Source of the DNA: Promethearchaeota archaeon
GTDB lineage: Archaea; Asgardarchaeota; Sifarchaeia; Borrarchaeales; Borrarchaeaceae
Direction of reading: 5' to 3'
Assembly: GCA_048940375.1 (NCBI GenBank)
Contig: JBHLOP010000138.1
Span: 1 to 5,694, forward strand
DNA: 5,694 nucleotides
The translations under genes and the position numbers were made by a program. Numbering within the stretch: position 1 is the first letter of the stretch; every line of letters begins with the position of its first letter. This document shows positions 1 to 4,623 of this stretch, piece by piece. The notes below the pieces were generated by a model. The model worked only from the letters and a program-made list of their open reading frames with translations, made no database searches and was not told where the DNA came from.

Positions 1-216
1 CTCACACGCGGGGAACCGGTCACCACATTGGAAGGAGAGACATACACAGATAGGATGGTAATATTAGAGTTTCCGAGTAAAACTCATGTTGAGGCCTGGA
101 TAGCTGATCCTGAGTACCAAGAAGCAGTGGTATTCCGGCATGCATCGTCAACAATGCGGATGCTGCTGATACAAGAAGGTGGCGAAAACACCGAAGACCC
201 AGACCCAAAACTTTGA
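1..216 (+). CDS. DUF1330-domain protein, C-terminal part (5' end lies upstream of the window)
   Basis: Frame 1 is open from base 1 (LTRGEPVTTLEGETYTDRMVILEFPSKTHVEAWIADPEYQEAVVFRHASSTMRMLLIQEGG...) and stops at TGA 214-216. The pattern (V/I)(I/L)EFPS ... (S/D)PEYQ.A...R ... L(I/V).EG matches my memory of the DUF1330 C-terminal signature. The ATG at 28 in the ORF track is therefore internal. Confidence 0.75.
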   Translation, partial: LTRGEPVTTLEGETYTDRMVILEFPSKTHVEAWIADPEYQEAVVFRHASSTMRMLLIQEGGENTEDPDPKL

Positions 217-401
217 GAGGACGTCTACTCCTGGGTCATCTTACTCTTGCTTTCTTTCAATAGAAGTTTTTATAGGTTTGATCTTACTTTATTTACTTAT
301 TAATAAAAAGAAAAGAGAGAGATCTTCTCTTTCTGAAAATCCCTCCGTCCCCACCATCTTTTCTATTTCTATATCAACGATCGGTGCATTGATACCCTCG
401 C

Positions 402-417
402 AGAAAAGTTTTTATAT
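402..417 (+). promoter_or_regulatory. Archaeal BRE/TATA-like promoter of the 5S rRNA gene
   Basis: A purine-rich AGAAAAG (402-408) is followed by TTTTTATAT (409-417). The TATA centre lies about 28 nt upstream of the inferred 5S 5' end at 441, the expected archaeal spacing. Confidence 0.55.
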
Positions 418-440
418 GGATCCTATATGCTTGTATTTGG

Positions 441-560
441 ATCTTCGGTCATAGGTCCAGGGTCACACCTGATCCCAGCCGAACTCAGAAGTTAAGCCTG
501 GGCACGTTCGTGTGAGTACTATCTTGCGAGAGCAGATGGGAAAACTGAATGCTGAAGGTC
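441..560 (+). rRNA. 5S ribosomal RNA (ends uncertain by about 3 nt)
   Basis: Contains the universal 5S core ...CCTGATCCCAGCCGAACTCAGAAGTTAAGCC...GAGTACT...GCGAGAGC...TGGGAAAAC.... The termini pair to form helix I (ATCTTCGG.CAT at 441-452 with ATGCTGAAGGT at 549-559). Length is about 120 nt and G+C about 52% (62/120 by hand) in an AT-rich context. Confidence 0.9.
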
Positions 561-570
561 CACTTTTTCT
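561..570 (+). terminator. Oligo-T terminator after 5S rRNA
   Basis: CACTTTTTCT has a T5 run at 564-568 immediately after the 5S 3' end. A second T5 run lies at 596-600. Archaeal RNA polymerase terminates at oligo-T tracts. Confidence 0.5.
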
Positions 571-713
571 GCTTATATCAATATCCTTTAGAGGATTTTT
601 GCTCTATTCAATGTGTGTCCCATCTGAATTCTTGTCAACTGTGTCCATTAAGGAATAGTTTAAAAGTGAATAGGATAATGCATAGCAGAATGTCTTATGA
701 ATATGGAAAACGG

Positions 714-721
714 ATAAATAC
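714..721 (+). promoter_or_regulatory. TATA-like box for the DUF1512-like gene (near-leaderless mRNA)
   Basis: ATAAATAC is centred about 29-30 nt upstream of the ATG at 747, which implies a transcript with a leader of only a few nucleotides. Confidence 0.4.
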
Positions 722-746
722 ATGTATTTGAGGCTGGCTGAAAACA

Positions 747-1880
747 ATGCAAGGGTTATTAGATTTATTAACAGGTGGCGGTGGGCAAGGAAACAACCCA
801 TATGCCGTTATCTTCAATTTATTATTCTTTGTCTTTATCATTTTCTCAATATTTTATGGACAGCGCATCCAACAATTCATGTGGCTTAAACAAATTGAAC
901 GCGCACTTATGAAGCTAGATGTATGGCAGCGAGAAGGGAAAGTTATATGTAAGACACGTGTTGCGAATTTCAGCGATGCTTCTGACGAAGAAGTGTTTGA
1001 TTCGATAGAAGGGTTCCTTGAATTCTTTATGATAATGCCTGTGGACAAAGATCCCTCGGGTGTTTTAAACCGATTAGAACATTTGATGGATGTAAGAAAA
1101 TCCAGATTCGAAGACTTCGTCTCTCGTGTCGCACCTAAAGCGAATGAAGCAGATTCTAGAACACTTGAAAATGTGATTGAGGCGGCAATAGCAGTTTTCT
1201 TTATCTTTAGAATAATACGCCACTTCTTATTGCTTGGTAAGAAAACTAAGAGCACATTTTTAATCATGCAGATATATATGCAGCTCCCCTTAATTATGAT
1301 CTTTGCTAAGGCGTATTTTGAAGCGTTGCAGTGTTTTGCAGAAGGGAAACCCATTGGTGATGGAGTAGGACCTCTTGTAGCAGCGCGACTTATGAGGGGT
1401 GGTGAGTCGAAAGAAGTTGCCAAAGAGGTCGTTGCAGTCGAAAAGAACATAAATAACCGCAATGTCATCATTGTAAAAGCTAAGGGACCAGGAGGCACTG
1501 TTGGAAAGCCCGGACTTGGAGTAAAGAATGTCATAGAGGAAAAAGAAGGGAAAGTTGCTCGTGTAATAATGATCGATGCAGCCTTGAAGTTAGAAGGCGA
1601 AATAACAGGCGATGTGGTCGAGGGTGTCGGTGCAGCAATTGGCGATCCCGGACCAGAAAAACACAAAATAGAAGAATCTGGTGTAAAGTACAAAATTCCT
1701 ATTGATGCCATAATAGTAAAGCAATCGATCGAGGATGCTCTGACTTCAATGAAAAAATCAATAGCCATGGCGGTAGATGATGTCATTCGACGCATTCATT
1801 GGATTATTAATAATCAAACAAATGAAGGAGATACAGTAGTCGTTGCTGGAATTGGAAATACGCTTGGCGTCGGACAATAG
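747..1880 (+). CDS. Uncharacterised archaeal membrane-anchored protein, DUF1512-like (377 aa)
   Basis: Long ORF from ATG to TAG. It has an N-terminal hydrophobic helix (AVIFNLLFFVFIIFSIFYG) and further hydrophobic segments at about aa 150-200. The C-terminal soluble part carries Gly-rich motifs (KGPGGTVGKPGLG, GVGAAIGDPGPEK). Size and architecture fit my memory of the archaea-specific DUF1512 family. That family assignment comes from memory, not from a search. Confidence 0.8.
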   Translation: MQGLLDLLTGGGGQGNNPYAVIFNLLFFVFIIFSIFYGQRIQQFMWLKQIERALMKLDVWQREGKVICKTRVANFSDASDEEVFDSIEGFLEFFMIMPVDKDPSGVLNRLEHLMDVRKSRFEDFVSRVAPKANEADSRTLENVIEAAIAVFFIFRIIRHFLLLGKKTKSTFLIMQIYMQLPLIMIFAKAYFEALQCFAEGKPIGDGVGPLVAARLMRGGESKEVAKEVVAVEKNINNRNVIIVKAKGPGGTVGKPGLGVKNVIEEKEGKVARVIMIDAALKLEGEITGDVVEGVGAAIGDPGPEKHKIEESGVKYKIPIDAIIVKQSIEDALTSMKKSIAMAVDDVIRRIHWIINNQTNEGDTVVVAGIGNTLGVGQ

Positions 1881-1885
1881 AGGTG
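1880..1885 (+). promoter_or_regulatory. Shine-Dalgarno-like site for the downstream zinc-ribbon gene
   Basis: GAGGTG overlaps the TAG stop of the upstream gene and lies 7 nt before the GTG start at 1893. It is complementary to the conserved CACCUC near the 16S rRNA 3' end. This is typical for internal genes of archaeal operons. Confidence 0.5.
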
Positions 1886-1892
1886 TAAAAAA

Positions 1893-2324
1893 GTGAGTGA
1901 AGAAAAACAACCCCAACCACGGGTTCCGCGTGTAATTTTAATCTTTATAGGAATCGGGATGATAATATCCTTGTATTTCATAGTATCGGCAACTACAGGC
2001 TATTTTCAGAATCCACAAGGGAATCGATGGCAAACAGACTTGCTGATTGGTTTATTAATTCTTGGTGTGATCTGGTTACTTAATTTCTGGATCAGAGGTC
2101 GTTCGAAAAAGATTGAGTGGCATACAGTGTCTCAATTAAAATGCGAACAAGAAGGATGCGAATATTCAGAAATCAGAGACTTCAAGGAAGGCGATTACGT
2201 TTATAAGAAGCTTGGAAAATGTCCGTTATGTGGAGGACAAGATACACTATATATCGATTTAATTTATGCCTACAATCCATTAGAAGTTAAACCTCAAAGT
2301 ACCGAAATTGCTCAAAGTACATAG
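1893..2324 (+). CDS. Small membrane protein with two predicted TM helices and a C-terminal Cys4 zinc-ribbon (143 aa)
   Basis: GTG start 12 nt after the upstream stop. Hydrophobic helices are VILIFIGIGMIISLYFIVSA and LLIGLLILGVIWLLNFWI. They are followed by CEQEGC ... CPLCGG (CX4C...CX2C). I recognise no family. Confidence 0.7.
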   Translation: MSEEKQPQPRVPRVILIFIGIGMIISLYFIVSATTGYFQNPQGNRWQTDLLIGLLILGVIWLLNFWIRGRSKKIEWHTVSQLKCEQEGCEYSEIRDFKEGDYVYKKLGKCPLCGGQDTLYIDLIYAYNPLEVKPQSTEIAQST

Positions 2325-2364
2325 ATTCTAATACTAATTTTGTTAGTGGGGAGGCTGGCGACTA

Positions 2365-2371
2365 TTTTTTT
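2365..2371 (+). terminator. Oligo-T terminator of the DUF1512-like/zinc-ribbon operon
   Basis: A T7 run (TTTTTTT) lies 41 nt downstream of the TAG stop at 2322-2324. Confidence 0.45.
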
Positions 2372-2378
2372 AGTATAT
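2371..2378 (+). promoter_or_regulatory. Possible TATA box for coaD
   Basis: TAGTATAT is centred about 39 nt upstream of the TTG start, so a short leader is implied. Weak call. Confidence 0.3.
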
Positions 2379-2413
2379 CACATTTAATGATAGGGTGAAC
2401 AAGAGGGTTATTT

Positions 2414-2896
2414 TTGTCACAAAAAGAATATTCACTAGTTGGACTTGGAGGTACTTTTGATCGGTTACACAAAGGGCATGAAGCACTCATTCAGAAAGCA
2501 TTTGAAATTGGTGTTCAGGTTTTAATAGGAATTACTTCAGACGAAATGCTTGTTGGAAAAGATAAGTTTACAGAAATCCAACCATACGCTCAGCGTGTAG
2601 AAAATATTAAGAACTATCTAAAAAGCGATGATCTTTTAAAACGCTCTAAAATTATCAAATTAGAAGATCCCTATGGTCCTGCAGTTACCAGAAAGGAAAT
2701 GGAAGCCATAATTGTTACTGAAGAAACTCGCCCTACGGCAGAAGAGATCAATAAAATCAGAAAATCAAATAGGCTTGTGCCCTTAGCCATAATAAGTGTT
2801 CCCCGAGTATTAGCAGAAGATGGGATACCAATTTCATCGTCACGAATTAGGGCAGGGATGATTAACAAAAATGGAAAAATGCTCAAAGAAACATAA
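2414..2896 (+). CDS. coaD: Phosphopantetheine adenylyltransferase, archaeal type (cytidylyltransferase-fold; CoA biosynthesis)
   Basis: The N-terminal GGTFDRLHKGH is the (H/T)xGH nucleotidyltransferase motif. Also present are IGITSDEM, EDPYGP and the C-terminal ISSSRIR, at about 160 aa, as in characterised archaeal PPATs. The TTG start is forced: there is an in-frame TGA at 2396-2398 and no ATG or GTG before the conserved VGLGGTFD. Confidence 0.85.
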   Translation: MSQKEYSLVGLGGTFDRLHKGHEALIQKAFEIGVQVLIGITSDEMLVGKDKFTEIQPYAQRVENIKNYLKSDDLLKRSKIIKLEDPYGPAVTRKEMEAIIVTEETRPTAEEINKIRKSNRLVPLAIISVPRVLAEDGIPISSSRIRAGMINKNGKMLKET

Positions 2897-2907
2897 CAAG
2901 CAAATTC

Positions 2908-2912
2908 TTTTT
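2908..2912 (+). terminator. Oligo-T tract after coaD
   Basis: A T5 run in CTTTTTCT lies 12 nt after the TAA stop at 2894-2896. Confidence 0.4.
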
Positions 2913-2933
2913 CTGAATGCCTTTGAAGAAAGG

Positions 2934-2941
2934 TATATTTA
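2934..2941 (+). promoter_or_regulatory. TATA box of the dioxygenase gene (leaderless mRNA)
   Basis: TATATTTA, preceded by the purine-rich GAAGAAAGG, is centred about 27 nt upstream of the ATG at 2964. Transcription would start at or next to the start codon. Confidence 0.5.
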
Positions 2942-2963
2942 GCTTTGAAGTGAATTAAACTCT

Positions 2964-3770
2964 ATGTCACAAAACAATCCAACAAAAATGCCAGTTCTTT
3001 TTATTGGTCACGGTTCCCCGATGAATGTTATTTCAGACAATGCCTTCACTCAAAGTCTAACAAATCTCGGAAAAACTTTATCTCGCCCAAAGGCAATTCT
3101 AGTAATTTCAGCGCATTGGCTGACAAAAGGAACCAGAATCTTATGCATGAATAAGCCAAAAATGATCTATGATTTTTATGGATTTCCGCAAGAACTATAC
3201 CAAATCACTTATCCAAGTCCGGGCTTTCCCGAACTTGCCAAGCAGATTTGTAACAGAGTTGAATCTTATAATATCACTTGTGATTATGAATGGGGCTACG
3301 ATCATGCATCATGGACCATTCTAAACCATATGTATCCAAACGCAGATATTCCAATGTTAGAATTAAGTTTGGACTATAGGTTCAATGATTGGAATGTGAA
3401 ACCTATAGAATACCATTATAATCTGGGCAAAGAATTAGCTTTTTTGAGAGAAAAAGGCGTTTTAATTGTCGGTAGTGGGAATATTGTTCATAATCTTGGA
3501 ATTATTGATTGGGACGTGGATGCCAAAGTAATGGGATGGGCGAAAGAACTCGATGAGCTCGTTAAAAAGAATTTACTGACTAAAAATCACGATGAATTGA
3601 TAAATTTCCAGTTAATGGGTGAGACAGCCAAAGTTGGAATTCCTACATGGGATCATTATCTTCCGATGATTTATACTATAGCATTACAAGAAGAATATGA
3701 AGCAATGGTGTTTATCCACGAGGGATTTCAGCACGGTTCAGTTTCAATGAGATGTTTTCAAATTGGTTAA
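2964..3770 (+). CDS. ygiD: 4,5-DOPA dioxygenase extradiol-like protein (class III extradiol dioxygenase, LigB/YgiD family)
   Basis: MPVLFIGHGSPMNV..DN, RPKAILVISAHW, DFYGFPQELY, YP.PG, DHASW, MYP.ADIP, GSGNIVHNL, PT.DHYLP and the C-terminal GSVSM....QIG are collinear with E. coli YgiD as I remember it. The length of 268 aa fits. Confidence 0.9.
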   Translation: MSQNNPTKMPVLFIGHGSPMNVISDNAFTQSLTNLGKTLSRPKAILVISAHWLTKGTRILCMNKPKMIYDFYGFPQELYQITYPSPGFPELAKQICNRVESYNITCDYEWGYDHASWTILNHMYPNADIPMLELSLDYRFNDWNVKPIEYHYNLGKELAFLREKGVLIVGSGNIVHNLGIIDWDVDAKVMGWAKELDELVKKNLLTKNHDELINFQLMGETAKVGIPTWDHYLPMIYTIALQEEYEAMVFIHEGFQHGSVSMRCFQIG

Positions 3771-4270
3771 AAAGGATATAATACATGAAAATCGTTTCTT
3801 TAGATCAAAACGAGCAATTCATCCAATAAATACAAAGAAATATGTAGATAAACTCCCAAAACCGCCTTTTAAATTGGGAACACCAGATTTCAGACGCTTT
3901 TTCTAGAAATAATGAATGGAGAATAAATAGGTATTCGTGATTTTGATAAAGTTCACCAAGTCTTTTATCGATGCATCTTATACATAAATGCCGTTTCATT
4001 AAGAAGTTTTGTAGGATTAAAGATGTTAAAATAGTCAAATTTGCAAAGACCTATCGAGTCGCCGGCAGCAAATAGAATTAACTTTTTGTCGTTTATGAAA
4101 ATAGGTTAATTGACAATCAAAAAAGCGATGAAGACGTTAAAATTAACTAACTTACTTTGGCATATCTCTGTACCCTGTACCCTGTTGAGAAGATAAATTG
4201 CGGTTAGTGTTTCACTTTCATACGGGTCTCTTTAACACTTAAATAGCAATAGTTACGAGATATGTGTGCA

Positions 4271-4480
4271 GTATACCGAGGTGTCTGGCTTGGCGTGACC
4301 GCGTACACGAGACACAGTATCGATGAAGATACTGTCGCCCTCAAGTGTCCCCCTTGAGGGACGGGGGCTGCTGTGGACCAGCCCAGAACTGTCGATGAGT
4401 TGGTTGAATGTGACCAACCGTGTTGGCTAAGCAGAACAACCTATGAGGACAGAAGCCACCTAATTTGTTCGGTGGTAGTT
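4271..4480. other. G+C-rich cluster of consecutive perfect stem-loops (candidate structured RNA or mobile-element arm; class unknown)
   Basis: Hand count gives 106/190 G+C (about 56%) for 4271-4460, against 78/220 (about 35%) for 4041-4260. Stems: 4281-4286/4310-4315 with inner 4294-4297/4306-4309; 4314-4321/4328-4335 (8 bp); 4338-4345/4353-4360 (8 bp); 4365-4370/4379-4384 (6 bp); 4399-4404/4413-4418 (6 bp plus 2 G.U); 4456-4460/4471-4475 (5 bp). Strand and function are undetermined. Confidence 0.4.
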
Positions 4481-4483
4481 CAC

Positions 4484-4579
4484 ACAATTGCCTTACAAGA
4501 GGAAGAAGAGGCGATAAAATTTACCCATGAGGGAATTCAGCATGGTTCGGTTTCAATGAGATGCTTTCAAATCGGTTAA
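4484..4579 (+). pseudogene. Orphan 3'-terminal fragment (last 31 codons plus stop) of a YgiD-type dioxygenase gene
   Basis: TIALQEEEEAIKFTHEGIQHGSVSMRCFQIG* aligns without gaps to residues 238-268 of the intact gene (TIALQEEYEAMVFIHEGFQHGSVSMRCFQIG*, nt 3675-3770). That is 26/31 aa and 77/96 nt identical. The similarity stops abruptly upstream of 4484, where the conserved PT.DHYLP motif is absent. There is no N-terminal part, so the 68-aa ORF 4373-4579 is not a functional dioxygenase. Confidence 0.8.
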
Positions 4580-4594
4580 CAAATTAGTTTTCTG

Positions 4595-4606
4595 AAAAAT
4601 AAAAAA
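4595..4606 (-). terminator. Oligo-T terminator of pheT
   Basis: The minus strand reads TTTTTTATTTTT, starting 18 nt downstream of the pheT TAG stop (complement of 4624-4626). Confidence 0.5.
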
Positions 4607-4623
4607 GAAGAGCAGAAGAAATA

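Noticed and set aside
20-208. 62-aa minus-strand ORF
   Set aside because: It is antisense to the DUF1330 CDS, whose translation carries recognisable family motifs. It is a shadow ORF.
314-332. Small hairpin AGAGAGA-GATCT-TCTCTTT between the DUF1330 stop and the 5S promoter
   Set aside because: It is a purine/pyrimidine mirror tract of low complexity and includes a G.U pair. Archaeal termination does not require hairpins. There is no basis for assigning a function.
179-454. 91-aa plus-strand ORF
   Set aside because: It starts inside the DUF1330 CDS in another frame and runs through the 5S promoter into the 5S rRNA gene. Its translation is low-complexity (KKKRERSSL). It is not coding.
549-801. 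ORFs 549-731 (+) and 604-801 (-)
   Set aside because: They start within or next to the 5S 3' end, or overlap the start of the 747 CDS. They span terminator and promoter DNA and give Cys/Leu/Ser-rich AT-driven translations with no recognisable motifs.
854-1795. 313-aa ORF on the minus strand
   Set aside because: It lies entirely antisense to the well-supported 747-1880 CDS. Its composition is Ser/Thr/Phe/Ile-rich and low in complexity, typical of a shadow frame. It has no promoter or start context of its own.
730-2359. Shared 9-mer GAGGCTGGC upstream of the 747 gene (730-738) and of coaD (2351-2359)
   Set aside because: Dozens of identical 9-mer pairs are expected by chance in 5.7 kb (about N^2/2/4^9). 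The distances to the respective start codons differ (9 nt against 55 nt).
2671-2886. 71-aa minus-strand ORF
   Set aside because: It is antisense to the 3' half of coaD and has no independent support.
3805-4038. 77-aa minus-strand ORF (TTG start)
   Set aside because: It has no ATG. Its Phe/Leu/Ile/Cys-rich sequence is typical of AT-rich noise, and neighbouring frames are equally open over short stretches. At best it is one piece of a decayed gene (see the finding on 3771-4260), not an intact CDS.
4076-4147. AATTAAC (4076-4082, 4141-4147) and its complement GTTAATT (4105-4111)
   Set aside because: These are 7-mers of pure AT-rich composition in a roughly 35% G+C region and are expected by chance. 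They are not positioned at the insert boundaries, so they are not convincing terminal inverted repeats.
4168-4184. Tandem heptamer CTG-TACCCTG-TACCCTG
   Set aside because: Only two units are present. This is too short to call a repeat array or a binding site without comparative data.
4355-4357. In-frame TGA inside a strong hairpin as selenocysteine or recoding site
   Set aside because: Archaeal SECIS elements lie in 3' UTRs, and Sec usage is confined to a few lineages. The surrounding frame has no convincing protein homology. A plain stop in non-coding or decayed DNA is the simpler reading.
4127-4400. Recurring CGATGA(A)G motif (4126-4133, 4321-4328, 4393-4399) as C-box or hammerhead CUGAUGA core
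   Set aside because: None of the three is a true RUGAUGA or CUGAUGA. No matching D box (CUGA) with terminal stem is present, and no GAAA / cleavage-site arrangement could be placed.
3675-4579. Diversity-generating retroelement (template repeat / variable repeat at a gene's 3' end)
   Set aside because: DGR mutagenesis gives mismatches only where the template has adenine. Of the 19 mismatches here, about 6 have A only in the left copy, about 7 have A only in the right copy, and 6 involve no A at all (t/c, c/t, t/g). No reverse transcriptase is present either.
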